Positions 28,955 to 39,772 of a DNA stretch of 64,000 bases are shown piece by piece. The notes beneath the pieces are model-generated. The model made no database searches. It was given only the letters and a program-made list of their open reading frames with translations, and was not told the DNA's origin. The position numbers and the translations under genes are program-made. Every line of letters begins with the position of its first letter. Position 1 is the stretch's first letter. The DNA comes from Candidatus Magasanikiibacteriota bacterium (lineage in GTDB: Bacteria > Patescibacteriota > Patescibacteriia > Magasanikbacterales > UBA922). The DNA is taken from assembly GCA_003482855.1 (NCBI GenBank), contig DMXO01000005.1:99719-163718 (forward strand). The letters run 5' to 3'.

Positions 28955-30193
28955 ATGGATTTTTTAGAAAGCATTCACAATTCATGGAAAATAATCAATC
29001 GTAGCAAGGCACGATCGTTTTTGACTATGCTTGGTATTACGATAGGTGTTATGGCTGTTATTATCGTAATGTCAGTTGGTGCCGGTGCCCAAAGTCTTAT
29101 CTTAAATCAGGTCAAAAGCATGGGATCAAATTTAATAGGAGTATTACCAGGTGCCTCAGAAGATGATGGTCCGCCAGCATCCGCCTTAGGAGTTGTTGTG
29201 ACGACACTTACCTATGATGACGGAAAGGAAATTTTGGATAAAGGTTGCGATTGTATCGAAAGTTTGACTATGTATGTAAGTGGTAATGATAGCATTACGC
29301 GCGATGATACGAGTGTAAATACTACATTTACAGGTACGACAGCGAGCTATATTGATGTAGAAGATGCAGCCGTTGAATTTGGAAGATTTTTTAGTGAAGA
29401 AGAAGAAAAAGGAGTTGCCCATGTTGTGGTGCTTGGTAATGAGGTAAAAGAGAGCTTGTTTGGCGATCAAAATCCAATCGGACTTAGGCTCAGGATTAAA
29501 AAAATTAATTTCACTATTATTGGAGTGATGGAGAAGCGAGGAGTGAGCGGTTTTCAAAATCAGGATGATCAGGTGTTTGTACCTATCAGCACAGCACAAA
29601 AATTGTTACTCGGCATTGATTATGTAAGCTTGATACGTGCCAAAGTTGATACTGCAGAACATGTGGAGCAGGCTATGGATAGCGTAGAAAATATTTTGAG
29701 AGATCGCCATGATATAGCGACAGGGGAGGCGGATGACTTTTCTGTTAGATCTATGGCGCAAGGTCTTGAGGCATTATCTATGATTACGAATGCATTGAAA
29801 TTTTTTTTGGTTGCAGTTTCTAGCATTGCGCTTGTTGTTGGTGGATTTGGCATTATGAATATTATGCTTGCAACTGTGCAAGAACGAACCCGAGAGATTG
29901 GTTTGCGTAAAGCGGTGGGGGCAAAAAGTAGTCATATTACGATGCAATTTTTGATTGAATCAGTTGTGATCACATTTCTTGGTGGAGGTATTGGGATACT
30001 ACTGGGTATATTTATTTCTATTGTTGTGGCTCAGGTTGCTCAAGCAATGGGGTATGAATGGGATTTAGTCATAACTATATCTTCGATACTACTGGGTTGT
30101 GGTGTGTCCATAGGGATTGGATTGTTGTTTGGTATTAGTCCTGCACGAAGGGCGAGTAAACTTAATGCAATTGAAGCACTTCGTTATGAATAG
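28955..30193 (+). CDS. ABC transporter permease, FtsX/MacB-like
   Basis: N-terminal TM, large periplasmic domain, C-terminal 3-TM FtsX fold (GIMNIMLATVQERTREIGLRKAVGA). Confidence 0.8.
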   Translation: MDFLESIHNSWKIINRSKARSFLTMLGITIGVMAVIIVMSVGAGAQSLILNQVKSMGSNLIGVLPGASEDDGPPASALGVVVTTLTYDDGKEILDKGCDCIESLTMYVSGNDSITRDDTSVNTTFTGTTASYIDVEDAAVEFGRFFSEEEEKGVAHVVVLGNEVKESLFGDQNPIGLRLRIKKINFTIIGVMEKRGVSGFQNQDDQVFVPISTAQKLLLGIDYVSLIRAKVDTAEHVEQAMDSVENILRDRHDIATGEADDFSVRSMAQGLEALSMITNALKFFLVAVSSIALVVGGFGIMNIMLATVQERTREIGLRKAVGAKSSHITMQFLIESVVITFLGGGIGILLGIFISIVVAQVAQAMGYEWDLVITISSILLGCGVSIGIGLLFGISPARRASKLNAIEALRYE

Positions 30194-30196
30194 TGT

Positions 30197-31447
30197 TTGA
30201 AATATATGTTACTAAAAGATCGTGTACAACTTGCCTATAGTGCACTCATACGTCAGAAATTACGTAGTGTTTTGACGATGATAGCTTTGAGTATAGGCAT
30301 TGCCTCAGTGGTGATTATCATATCTGCTGGCAAAGGGCTTGAGGGGATGGTATTGAGCGAACTTGATATTTACAATCCGAATACACTTAATATAGAAGTG
30401 CGTATACCAGGTAAAGGTGAACAGGGTAGTGCCACGGGTATGGCAAGTGGTATTACCATTACAACACTCAAAAATTCAGACATGGATGAAATCGGCAAAC
30501 ATAAAAATATTGATGCGGTGTATGCGTATGTCACGAGTCAGGCGGTTATTAAATATCAGGGGGAAAATAAAACAGTGATTATTTTTGGATATGGAGCGCG
30601 TGCCCCAGAAGTTGAGACAATAGAATTATCAGAAGGGAGATTTTACGAACCAGATGAAGAAAATTCATTGTCGCAAGTAATTGTAATTGGCTCTAAAGTA
30701 AAAGATGACCTATTTGGTAGCGATACAGCAGTAGATAAGAGTGTATATATCAATGGAAAATCTTTTCGTGTGGTAGGTGTGCTCGTAGAACGAGGCGCAT
30801 CTTTTGGTTTTGATTTTGATAGTCTTGTTTATATTCCTACATTGACATTACAAAAAAAGATGATCGGCACAGATTATGTTATGGGTATCAATGCGCGAGT
30901 GACAGATATGTCCCATATTGATTCGACAAAAGAAGATGTAGAAATACTTTTGCGTGATCGGCATGATATCACTGATCCTGATAAGGACGATTTCAAAGTC
31001 ACTACCATGGATGAAATACGAGGCACGTTGGAGACAATCGTCGGGGGCATCACGTTATTACTTGTCGCGCTTGTGTGTATATCGCTTATTGTAGGTGGAG
31101 TTGGCATCACCAATATCATGTATGTTACTGTTGCTGAAAGAACTTTTGAGATTGGCTTACGCAAATCTGTCGGCGCAAAGAACAAAGATATACTATGGCA
31201 GTTTTTGATTGAAGCGATTATCCTGACGTTTGGAGGTGGTGTGATTGGCGTTGCATTGGGTTTCATCATCTCTTACGGAGTGTATTATGGTGCAGTTGGA
31301 TATGGACTCAATTGGACATTTGAAATACCTATATATTCTATTATTTTGGCATTAGGTTTTTCGGCTGCTGTGGGACTTTTTTTTGGTCTGTATCCAGCCA
31401 AAAAGGCAGCAAATCTTAATCCTATTGAGGCTTTGAGGAAAGAATAA
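30197..31447 (+). CDS. ABC transporter permease, FtsX/MacB-like (paralog)
   Basis: Same architecture as the upstream permease (ITNIMYVTVAERTFEIGLRKSVGA). Confidence 0.8.
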   Translation: MKYMLLKDRVQLAYSALIRQKLRSVLTMIALSIGIASVVIIISAGKGLEGMVLSELDIYNPNTLNIEVRIPGKGEQGSATGMASGITITTLKNSDMDEIGKHKNIDAVYAYVTSQAVIKYQGENKTVIIFGYGARAPEVETIELSEGRFYEPDEENSLSQVIVIGSKVKDDLFGSDTAVDKSVYINGKSFRVVGVLVERGASFGFDFDSLVYIPTLTLQKKMIGTDYVMGINARVTDMSHIDSTKEDVEILLRDRHDITDPDKDDFKVTTMDEIRGTLETIVGGITLLLVALVCISLIVGGVGITNIMYVTVAERTFEIGLRKSVGAKNKDILWQFLIEAIILTFGGGVIGVALGFIISYGVYYGAVGYGLNWTFEIPIYSIILALGFSAAVGLFFGLYPAKKAANLNPIEALRKE

Positions 31448-31472
31448 TAAAAGGGGCATACTAATTGCCTTT

Positions 31473-32204
31473 TTGTTTGATTTTTGCTATTATAAGAGTA
31501 ATTGTATGTTTGAAATTATTTGGAATGATTTTCTTTATAAACCGTTATTCAACGCGCTTATTTGGCTATATAATAATTGGGCACACCAAAATTTGGGATG
31601 GGCTGTGGTGTATCTCACGATAGGGTTACGTTTGTTGCTATTGCCCACCGCGATTATTGGCGAAAAGAGTAGAATAAAAAATGCAGGAGTGACAGATGAG
31701 ATGGAGCGTATTGAAAAAGAATTTCATAACGACCCAATTCTCAAAAAAGAAGAATTACGAAAAATTGTAAAAAAGAGAAAAATTAAGCCATGGACCAGTG
31801 TGGTGAATATGGGGGTACAGTTGCTGGTATTGGTTTTGTTGTATCAGGTGTTTATACGAGGCATCACGGGCGAACGTATTTTAAAAGTACTGTATGATTG
31901 GATAGATTTTCCAGGGAGTATCAATATTATGTTTTTAGGTTTCAATTTGGGTGAGAGACATGATATAATATGGTCAGGTATAGTGGGGCTATTTTTGCTG
32001 GTAGAAATATATCTTGATTATCGGAAGACCAAGCCACAATTGAGTAAGTCTGACCTATTTTATTTTATTTTATTCCCTGCAGTTTCCTTTCTTCTGCTGT
32101 GGTGGTTGCCTATGGTGAAGTCGGTGTTTATATTGACATCTCTCATATTCTCTGCTATACTCCACCAGTTTATGAAATTATTATTCAAACCAAAAAAGAG
32201 TTAA
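31473..32204 (+). CDS. yidC: YidC/Oxa1-family membrane protein insertase (short form)
   Basis: WAHQNLGWAVVYLTIGLRLLLLPTAII matches the conserved YidC core start; 5 TM helices. Confidence 0.7.
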   Translation: MFDFCYYKSNCMFEIIWNDFLYKPLFNALIWLYNNWAHQNLGWAVVYLTIGLRLLLLPTAIIGEKSRIKNAGVTDEMERIEKEFHNDPILKKEELRKIVKKRKIKPWTSVVNMGVQLLVLVLLYQVFIRGITGERILKVLYDWIDFPGSINIMFLGFNLGERHDIIWSGIVGLFLLVEIYLDYRKTKPQLSKSDLFYFILFPAVSFLLLWWLPMVKSVFILTSLIFSAILHQFMKLLFKPKKS

Positions 32205-32228
32205 TACTTAGCCTAATTTTATTACCCT

Positions 32229-32831
32229 ATGTCCTCATCTCTCGACAAACTTATGTATTCATTTGTGATGGAGGATGTCCTTAAGGGACTTTTTATCTAT
32301 GTACCGCCAGGGTATGTAGCATGCGTATATGATCTTGGCAGGGGAGTACTAAAGAAGGTTTTAACTCCAGGTCTTCATTTCAAGATTCCATTTTGGCAAA
32401 AGGCAAAGTTATTTAATACCCAGACATTGGAGTATGGTATTAGCCGTGAATTTAATCCCGAAAATCTCAAAGCTATGGGTGACGTGCCTATTGCTGCAGT
32501 GACCAAGGATAATAAACGTATTGCGGTCGAGGGAACAGTGCTTTTGAGGCTAGATATACATCAAATTCCTCATATATGGCAGACGATAGGAGAGGATTTT
32601 GTAGAAAAAATTATACGTCCTACTATTCGCAGTCGTATGCGTATGGTAGTAAGTCGTTTTGACCAAGAAGAAATAGTAGGTGCAAAACGTGATGCTACTG
32701 AGACCGAACTAAAAAATGAACTTGAACGTATTTTTTATTCACGAGGCATTTATGTAGAAAATGTCCTTCTCAGTGAGATAGGGAGCGTATCTGAGTTTAA
32801 ACGAGTAGCAAAGGAAGAAGATACAAAATAG
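32229..32831 (+). CDS. SPFH/band-7 domain protein
   Basis: YVPPGYVACVYDLGRGVLKKVLTPGLHFKIPFWQKAKLFNTQTL is the SPFH core. The start is uncertain. Confidence 0.6.
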   Translation: MSSSLDKLMYSFVMEDVLKGLFIYVPPGYVACVYDLGRGVLKKVLTPGLHFKIPFWQKAKLFNTQTLEYGISREFNPENLKAMGDVPIAAVTKDNKRIAVEGTVLLRLDIHQIPHIWQTIGEDFVEKIIRPTIRSRMRMVVSRFDQEEIVGAKRDATETELKNELERIFYSRGIYVENVLLSEIGSVSEFKRVAKEEDTK

Positions 32832-32851
32832 AAAATATCTTTATAAAGCAA

Positions 32852-32879
32852 AAATCCGCTAAAATAAGCGGATTTTTTT
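32852..32879 (+). terminator. rho-independent terminator
   Basis: AAATCCGCT-aaaataa-GCGGATTT followed by TTTTG. Confidence 0.8.
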
Positions 32880-32898
32880 GTGGATAAGTTTATATAAT

Positions 32899-32925
32899 TT
32901 AGCATTTGACAGCAAAGAGTGATAG
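32899..32925 (+). promoter_or_regulatory. degenerate CIRCE-like HrcA operator next to a TATAAT -10
   Basis: TTAGCATTT-N9-GAGTGATAG versus the consensus TTAGCACTC-N9-GAGTGCTAA, immediately after the -10 box at 32893-32898. A perfect palindrome ATTATCAC-t-GTGATAAT follows at 32933-32949. Confidence 0.45.
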
Positions 32926-32961
32926 TGTTAAAATTATCACTGTGATAATTAGAGTGATAAT

Positions 32962-33645
32962 ATGCTCGACATTCGTAAAGAAAAAATATTGCAATTAGTT
33001 GTGGAAAATTATACAGAGACTGCAGAACCAGTGGGATCCAAATTTTTGGTAGAAGAATGCAACCTTGATGTAAGTGGTGCCACTGTGCGCAATGAGATGC
33101 GTGATCTCGAGGAACAAGGCTTCCTCACGCATCCACACACATCGTCGGGTCGTATGCCTACTGAGCAGGGTTTTGGATATTACATAGAACATATCATGAA
33201 ACCAAAAGAACTCGGTAAAAAGACACAAGAAGATATTTCAAGATTTGATAATACCAACCAGATGCAGTATTTGAAGCAGACCGGCAAATATATTGCAGCT
33301 GATGTTCATAATGCAGTAATTATCGCATTTGGTGAGGATTCTTTATATTATACTGGTCTTAGTGATCTTTTTTCTCAGCCTGAATTTCATGATTATGCTT
33401 TTACGGTTCAAATGTCTACAATTTTTGATCACGTAGAAGAAAGAATTAGTTATGTGTTTGATTTATTTACGAATTCACAGCCTCATGTGGTAATTGGCGA
33501 GAAAAATCCCTTTGGCGGTATGTGTGGTCTTGTTGGTGGACGATTGGGTGATAAGTCGTTATTTGCTGTCTTGGGACCGATGCGTATGGATTACGCGCGT
33601 AATTATAGTTTTGTAAATTATTTACAACGTATCCTTAATGTATAG
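32962..33645 (+). CDS. hrcA: heat-inducible transcription repressor HrcA (short form)
   Basis: PVGSKFLVEECNLDVSGATVRNEMRDLEEQGFLTHPHTSSGRMPT matches the HrcA N-terminal winged helix. It sits upstream of grpE-dnaK. Confidence 0.8.
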   Translation: MLDIRKEKILQLVVENYTETAEPVGSKFLVEECNLDVSGATVRNEMRDLEEQGFLTHPHTSSGRMPTEQGFGYYIEHIMKPKELGKKTQEDISRFDNTNQMQYLKQTGKYIAADVHNAVIIAFGEDSLYYTGLSDLFSQPEFHDYAFTVQMSTIFDHVEERISYVFDLFTNSQPHVVIGEKNPFGGMCGLVGGRLGDKSLFAVLGPMRMDYARNYSFVNYLQRILNV

Positions 33646-33650
33646 TTACT

Positions 33651-34190
33651 ATGTCAGATGAACAACAATCACCAAATGAAGACGTGAAGCATGATGAGAA
33701 GAAAAAAATATTTTCAAAAAAATGTAAAAATTGTGGGAAAAAAGAACAGGAAGCACTTGAATATAGGGCAGGTTGGCAACGAGCGCACGCTGATTATCAA
33801 AATTTGGTTCGTGAGATGGATACAAAAAAACACGAATGGCTTGATTGGAGTAAACAACAAATTTTGGAAGATTTTATCCCCGTGTATGATAATTTTAAAA
33901 AAGCCTTTGCAATGGATATCAACAATGGGGATGATGGGGACGCAAAATGGGGAAATTGGAAAAAAGGGATTGGATTTATTATGAAACAGTTTGAAGATGT
34001 TCTCAAAGGTCATGGTGTTGAAGAAATTAAGACAGTGGGGGAACAATTTAATCCTGAATTGCATGAAGTAGTCGCAGAGGAAGAGTCAGAACAGACGGAA
34101 GGTATTATTTTGAAAGAAGTAGACGCCGGATATCTGATGAGAGGAAAAACGATTAAAGTTGCAAAAGTGGTTGTGGCGAAAGGTAAATAA
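33651..34190 (+). CDS. grpE: nucleotide exchange factor GrpE
   Basis: It lies between hrcA and dnaK. The coiled-coil N-terminus plus C-terminal beta domain match GrpE in length and pattern. Confidence 0.75.
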   Translation: MSDEQQSPNEDVKHDEKKKIFSKKCKNCGKKEQEALEYRAGWQRAHADYQNLVREMDTKKHEWLDWSKQQILEDFIPVYDNFKKAFAMDINNGDDGDAKWGNWKKGIGFIMKQFEDVLKGHGVEEIKTVGEQFNPELHEVVAEEESEQTEGIILKEVDAGYLMRGKTIKVAKVVVAKGK

Positions 34191-34284
34191 TTTCGAAATT
34201 AAAAATTATAAATTTAAAATTTATTTATACTTATAACCGCGAACGTTCATCTTGCGATGCCCGTTCGTTATTAGGAGATTTTAT

Positions 34285-34719
34285 ATGTTACCAAGAATAT
34301 GGGATCCATTCCAAGAGATGGAAGAAATGATGTCTTCGCTTCCAGCTTTGCGTAACGCACAACAGATGCAAAAGGCATTTGTGCCTGCTATGGACGTATA
34401 TGAAGACAAAAATAATGTCGTGGTAGAGACGCCATTGGCTGGTATTAGACCAGAAGATGTCGAAGTGAGTGTTGAAAAAGGGGTTTTGACAGTGCAAGGA
34501 TCAAGCAGTAAAGAGCATGAGGTGGATGAAAAAAATTATTATCGCAAAGAGGTTCGTTCCGGTTCATTTTTTCGCCAAGTTGCTTTGCCAACACAGGTGA
34601 AAGAAGATAAAGTTGTTGCGGAATTTGAAAATGGCGTGTTGAAGATTACGTGTCCAAAAGCTAGTCCGACTGTTTCAAAGAAGATTGAGGTGAAGGTGGT
34701 GAAGAAAGATAAGAAATAA
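34285..34719 (+). CDS. Hsp20/alpha-crystallin small heat-shock protein
   Basis: Alpha-crystallin domain AMDVYEDKNNVVVETPLAGIRPEDVEVSVEKGVLTVQG...AEFENGVLKITCPK. An AGGAGA RBS sits 6 nt before the ATG at 34285. Confidence 0.8.
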   Translation: MLPRIWDPFQEMEEMMSSLPALRNAQQMQKAFVPAMDVYEDKNNVVVETPLAGIRPEDVEVSVEKGVLTVQGSSSKEHEVDEKNYYRKEVRSGSFFRQVALPTQVKEDKVVAEFENGVLKITCPKASPTVSKKIEVKVVKKDKK

Positions 34720-34854
34720 AAACATTGATTACACAGATTTTAATGGATTTCACTGATTGTTCCAGTTTATAAGATATTTGATTCTTCTCTTTTCTCCGGT
34801 CAAGGTCTGTACAACCTGAAGATTGGAGAAGGATTGAAGATTTAAATTATAACT

Positions 34855-35382
34855 ATGAGCCCAATTAATAAATTATATCGCGGTTTTGACCCGATTTGGC
34901 ATAGACACAAGAGAGATATTCCGACAATACTCACTTATTTGCGTCTGACCAGTGAAATTTATTATTTGGTAGTTTTTGGTCTTTCGTTAGTTGTAAATTT
35001 TATTTTAAAAAATAACACAGGTGAAGTAGATATATTGGTATGGATGTTGTTTATTTCGTCTACCATTTCAGCCATGTTGCTATTTTATTTGGTTTTAGTA
35101 TACAAAGAACTATGGTATCTTATGCCAAATATGCGTTTTGATATGAAATTATGGAGATGTTTGTTTGGAGTATGGATGATAACATTTTTATTAATCAATA
35201 TGTTTCAGATAATCACGGCAGGTGTATCGGGAAATGAAAAATTGTTTACTATTATGAATGTCTCTGTCAACTATGGGTTATTGATATTTGTGGTAAATGT
35301 CGGATTAGGTGCGATAGGGGGATTATTATTGAGAAAGATTACAAGAACTATTAACAGTTTTAATCAGCAATTTAATCATTAA
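34855..35382 (+). CDS. hypothetical 4-TM membrane protein
   Basis: Intact ORF with four hydrophobic helices between hsp20 and dnaK. Confidence 0.4.
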   Translation: MSPINKLYRGFDPIWHRHKRDIPTILTYLRLTSEIYYLVVFGLSLVVNFILKNNTGEVDILVWMLFISSTISAMLLFYLVLVYKELWYLMPNMRFDMKLWRCLFGVWMITFLLINMFQIITAGVSGNEKLFTIMNVSVNYGLLIFVVNVGLGAIGGLLLRKITRTINSFNQQFNH

Positions 35383-35440
35383 TATTAATAATGATCGTAG
35401 CAGGAAAGATTCCTCGCTACGCTCGGAATGAAATATACAT

Positions 35441-37381
35441 ATGGCAAAAATATTAGGAATCGATCTCGGAACCACTAATTCATGTATGGCTATCACCGAA
35501 GGTGGCCAACCAAAGGTATTGGAGAATAAGGAAGGGTTTAGAACTACACCGTCTATTATTGCGCAGTCAAAAACGGGTGAAATTTTGGTAGGACAGCTTG
35601 CAAAGCGTCAAGCAGTAACAAACCCAAAAAATACATTGTATTCTATCAAACGTGTTATTGGGCGACGCTTCAATGATCCTGAAGTTGAACAAGTAAAGAA
35701 GCATATGCCATTCGATATGTTTCAGGATGGTGATCGAATCAAAATAAAAATGAGTGACAAAGATTATACACCTCAAGAAATTTCTGCAATGGTACTTCGT
35801 AAATTAAAACAAGATGCGGAAGCGAAACTTGGCGAGACTATTACTGAGGCGGTGATTACCGTACCTGCGTACTTTGATGATTCACAGCGCCAGGCAACGA
35901 AAGACGCAGGAGAAATTGCAGGACTTAAAGTTCGTCGTATTATCAATGAACCGACAGCTGCTGCATTCGCATACGGTTTTGACAAGAAGCAAGACCAAAA
36001 AATAGCGGTCTATGATCTTGGTGGGGGTACATTTGATATTTCTATTTTAGATATTGGACATGACACTGAAGAAGGACATTCTACCGTAGAGGTAAAATCA
36101 ACAAATGGTGACACACATCTTGGTGGTGATGATTTTGATCAGAGAATTATTGAATGGATTTTGGAAGAATTTAAACGTATGGAAGGAATTGACTTGGGCA
36201 AAGATCCTCTTGCTCTCCAACGTGTGAAAGATGCTGCAGAAAAAGCAAAGATAGAGCTTTCAAGCACTGTTGAAGTAGAAATTAATGAACCATTCATTTC
36301 TGCTGGTGCTGAAGGTCCAAAACATTTGAATATGAAATTGACTCGGGCAAAGCTTGAAGAGCTTGTTATGGATCTTGTTGAGAAAACGATGATTCCTGTA
36401 CAAAAGGCACTTGATGATTCTGGATTTAACAAAAATGAACTTCATGAAGTTATCCTTGTTGGAGGTATGACACGCATGCCACTCGTTATCAAGAAAGTGG
36501 AAGAATTTTTTGGCAAAAAACCAAATGCTAGCGTGAATCCTGATGAAGTTGTAGCATTGGGTGCGGGGATTCAGGCAGGGCAATTGCAAGGAGATCTTGG
36601 TAAAGATATCCTCTTACTTGATGTCACTCCACTTTCACTTGGTATCGAGACGCTTGGTGGTGTGTGCACCAAACTTATAGAGCGTAACACAACAATTCCT
36701 ACAAGTAAATCCCAAGTATTTTCTACTGCGGCTGATAGTCAACCGAGTGTGGAAATTCATGTGTTGCAAGGTGAACGTGAGATGGCAGGAGACAATAAGT
36801 CGCTTGGAAGATTTATGCTCGATGGTATACCACCAGCACCACGTGGCGTTCCTCAGGTTGAAGTTACGTTTGATATTGATGCAAATGGTATTTTGAATGT
36901 AAAGGCAAAAGATAAAGCAACAAATAAAGAGCAGAGTATTCGTATTGAGGCATCGAGTGGTTTATCAAAAGATGAAATTGAAAAAATGAAAAAGGATGCC
37001 GAAGCTCATGCAGATGAAGATAAGAAGAAAAAGGAAGTAATTGAGGTACGTAATATTGCTGACACTATGATTTATACAACAGAAAAAATGATGAAGGACG
37101 TTGAAGAAAAGAAAATTGAGGTCACAGAAGATGAAAAAAAGAAGGTGAATGATGCACTTTCAAAACTGAAAGAGATCAAAGATAAAGATGATGTCGAGGC
37201 TATCAAAAAAGCATCCGAAGAATTATCTACTGCGGCACAAGCTGTGGGGATGAAGATGTACCAGCAAGAACAAGCCAATAAACAACCACCAGTGAACAAC
37301 GATCAAGGGGCGGATAAGAAAGATCAGAAAAAAGATGACGGAGAGAGTGTAGAAGGCGAAGTTGTGGATGAGAAGAAATAA
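35441..37381 (+). CDS. dnaK: molecular chaperone DnaK (Hsp70)
   Basis: [25 protein letters not shown] and [11 protein letters not shown] motifs; full-length protein. Confidence 0.97.
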   Translation: MAKILGIDLGTTNSCMAITEGGQPKVLENKEGFRTTPSIIAQSKTGEILVGQLAKRQAVTNPKNTLYSIKRVIGRRFNDPEVEQVKKHMPFDMFQDGDRIKIKMSDKDYTPQEISAMVLRKLKQDAEAKLGETITEAVITVPAYFDDSQRQATKDAGEIAGLKVRRIINEPTAAAFAYGFDKKQDQKIAVYDLGGGTFDISILDIGHDTEEGHSTVEVKSTNGDTHLGGDDFDQRIIEWILEEFKRMEGIDLGKDPLALQRVKDAAEKAKIELSSTVEVEINEPFISAGAEGPKHLNMKLTRAKLEELVMDLVEKTMIPVQKALDDSGFNKNELHEVILVGGMTRMPLVIKKVEEFFGKKPNASVNPDEVVALGAGIQAGQLQGDLGKDILLLDVTPLSLGIETLGGVCTKLIERNTTIPTSKSQVFSTAADSQPSVEIHVLQGEREMAGDNKSLGRFMLDGIPPAPRGVPQVEVTFDIDANGILNVKAKDKATNKEQSIRIEASSGLSKDEIEKMKKDAEAHADEDKKKKEVIEVRNIADTMIYTTEKMMKDVEEKKIEVTEDEKKKVNDALSKLKEIKDKDDVEAIKKASEELSTAAQAVGMKMYQQEQANKQPPVNNDQGADKKDQKKDDGESVEGEVVDEKK

Positions 37382-37452
37382 TGGAGTTTATAGTTCATAG
37401 GGGCGGAGGAAAACTTCGCCCTTATGTGCTATAATAATGGGAGTTATCTTTA

Positions 37453-37935
37453 ATGTTATATACTATGCAAAATTTTTTGGTTTTGGCTGGGGCATTTGTA
37501 GCTATTGCAATTATAGTCTCCCGTATTATAAATAAGAAAAGATCATGGAAGAATTTTAAATTATTGGATGGCGAAAAAGTTGAATATGAAGAAAATGGTG
37601 TTCGAGTAAATTTTGATGCTAAACCACGCAATACATTCGTAAAAGCAAATGTTAAAGTAACAAATAAAAGAATTATTATTTTGGCTCTGAATATATTTGA
37701 TAAACAAGGAACAGTGTGGTGGGTATTCGATTATTCTGCGCCAGTAGAAGGCAACTTGGCAGATACGTTCAGTGGACAATACTATATGGACAAAAAAGAC
37801 ATAAGGATGGAAAAGGGTAAAGATGGAAAAGAATATTTTTATGTTGAAGGGAAAATGGCACAGAAAGTGTATACGTATTCACTCAGGTTTCCTATTTCAG
37901 ATAGCAGCAAGTTGAAAAAAATAGTTGGATTTTAA
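37453..37935 (+). CDS. hypothetical membrane-anchored protein (possible bacterial PH-like domain)
   Basis: N-terminal TM followed by a beta-rich domain. Confidence 0.35.
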   Translation: MLYTMQNFLVLAGAFVAIAIIVSRIINKKRSWKNFKLLDGEKVEYEENGVRVNFDAKPRNTFVKANVKVTNKRIIILALNIFDKQGTVWWVFDYSAPVEGNLADTFSGQYYMDKKDIRMEKGKDGKEYFYVEGKMAQKVYTYSLRFPISDSSKLKKIVGF

Positions 37936-37957
37936 TATCTTAAATTAATTATTTATT

Positions 37958-38149
37958 ATGCTTCACTACTTTCATGAAAAAAGGAGACAACATCGTATGT
38001 GGGTTCTCCTGATTGGTTTGTTGTTGTTATTGTTTTTAACGGCTTTGACTTCACTATTTTTTAACATGGACAGAACAGGTTTGCTCGTGCTGTTTCCTTT
38101 GTTTGTGCTGTTTATGGTGTTGATTGATTTGGGGATTGAACATTATTAA
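37958..38149 (+). CDS. hypothetical small 2-TM protein
   Basis: Intact ORF with two hydrophobic helices. Confidence 0.3.
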   Translation: MLHYFHEKRRQHRMWVLLIGLLLLLFLTALTSLFFNMDRTGLLVLFPLFVLFMVLIDLGIEHY

Positions 38150-38178
38150 TAATATAGAGATAGAGTAATTCGTAATCT

Positions 38179-38646
38179 GTGTTATGTATGACGCGGAATC
38201 ATAGCGCTTTCATTATTATCATTATTCTCCTATTTACAGGCTTTGGGTTATTTTGGTTTTTTATACATAGTATGTATTTTACATATTCTTGGCATGAATT
38301 CAAGGATGAAGTAGAAGTATTGCCACGTCTATTTTTGTTTTACCCTCCCATTTGGGTTGTCTTGTTGTCCATTTTTCATATTTTTAGCAAAAAGACAGCT
38401 GGATTGCATATTGTGATAGGAGAAATTTTTCTTATTATTGCATCTGTAATAAGTCTCTATATTTTTATGAATACATGCGATGGTGAATCATGCATAGGAG
38501 GCCCTTTAATTTTGTCATTGGCTTTTGGTGCCCTATTAATTAATCCATTTGTACAATTGATGATTTTTTTTATTAAGAAAAGATATCTTAAAGATCGAGT
38601 TGTAGAAGATGAGGGTATGTTGCCTAGGGAGATTAAAATAAAATAG
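38179..38646 (+). CDS. hypothetical 4-TM membrane protein
   Basis: Intact ORF with four hydrophobic helices. Confidence 0.35.
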   Translation: MLCMTRNHSAFIIIIILLFTGFGLFWFFIHSMYFTYSWHEFKDEVEVLPRLFLFYPPIWVVLLSIFHIFSKKTAGLHIVIGEIFLIIASVISLYIFMNTCDGESCIGGPLILSLAFGALLINPFVQLMIFFIKKRYLKDRVVEDEGMLPREIKIK

Positions 38647-38648
38647 AT

Positions 38649-39758
38649 ATGAGTAAAGACTACTACAAAATTCTCGGCGTAGATAAAAACGCATCTCAAG
38701 ACGAAATTAAGAAAGCATTTCGTAAGTTGGCGCACAAATATCATCCAGATAAACAAGGTGGAGACGAAGCAAAGTTTAAAGAAGTAAATGAAGCTTTTCA
38801 GGTCCTCGGGAATGAGAATAAACGCAAACAGTATGATCAATTTGGTGCTGATTTTGCACAGCAAGGTGGATTTGGTGGTGGCATGAACTGGGATGACTTC
38901 ATGCGTGCAGCCCGAGGGCAGCAAGGTGGATTTGGTGGTGGATTTCAAGGAAACTTTGGAGGTATTGACCTTGGCGATTTGTTTGGTGATATGTTTGGTT
39001 TTTCTGGTGGGCGTACACGTTCTTCACGCCAACGCAGAGGAAATGATATACAAGTAGATGTATCATTAGAATTTCGTGAAGCAGTATTTGGTATAGAGAA
39101 GGAAATCCGACTCACCAAACATAATGTGTGTGATGTATGTAATGGTACTGGCGCTGAGCCAGGCTCAGGGAGCAAAAAGTGTTCTGATTGTAATGGACAA
39201 GGTCAGGTCAGGCATGTGCAACAGACAATCCTTGGTGCTATGCAAAGTGTTGTGACATGCTCTACGTGTGAAGGAACCGGCCAAGTACCAAACAAAATGT
39301 GTAAACATTGTGGTGGAGATGGGGCGATGCGAGGTGAATCACGCTACAAAGTAAAAATTCCGCCAGGTATTTCAGAAGGTGAGATGATTAGATTATCAGG
39401 GAAAGGTGAAGCTGTTGGTGTAGGAAGTACACCTGGAGATCTATATGTTCGGGTGCATGTGCGTGATGAACGTGGATATGTACGCGAAGGAGATGATATT
39501 CATACTGAAATTCATATTTCATATCCACAAGCAGTACTTGGCGACAAAGTTGAAATCGAAACATTGGAGGGTGATAAGAAGCTTGTGATTCCTGAGGGGA
39601 CGCAATCACATCAGAAATTTAAATTAAAAGGACTTGGCGTGCCCCGGCTTCATCATAGTGGAAGAGGGGATCAGTATGTGAAAGTGATTATAGATGTACC
39701 AAAGAAAATAAGTAGAAAAGGTAAAAAATTGTTGGAAGAATTAAAAGATGAGATATAA
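38649..39758 (+). CDS. dnaJ: molecular chaperone DnaJ
   Basis: J domain [31 protein letters not shown], a G/F-rich region, and four CxxCxGxG zinc-finger repeats. Confidence 0.95.
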   Translation: MSKDYYKILGVDKNASQDEIKKAFRKLAHKYHPDKQGGDEAKFKEVNEAFQVLGNENKRKQYDQFGADFAQQGGFGGGMNWDDFMRAARGQQGGFGGGFQGNFGGIDLGDLFGDMFGFSGGRTRSSRQRRGNDIQVDVSLEFREAVFGIEKEIRLTKHNVCDVCNGTGAEPGSGSKKCSDCNGQGQVRHVQQTILGAMQSVVTCSTCEGTGQVPNKMCKHCGGDGAMRGESRYKVKIPPGISEGEMIRLSGKGEAVGVGSTPGDLYVRVHVRDERGYVREGDDIHTEIHISYPQAVLGDKVEIETLEGDKKLVIPEGTQSHQKFKLKGLGVPRLHHSGRGDQYVKVIIDVPKKISRKGKKLLEELKDEI

Positions 39759-39772
39759 GTATAAAATTATTT

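Noticed and set aside
33691-34064. Overlapping ORFs inside grpE (33691-33984 +, 33714-34064 -)
   Set aside because: They are alternative frames or the antisense strand of grpE. The GrpE frame carries the expected coiled-coil and beta-domain pattern.
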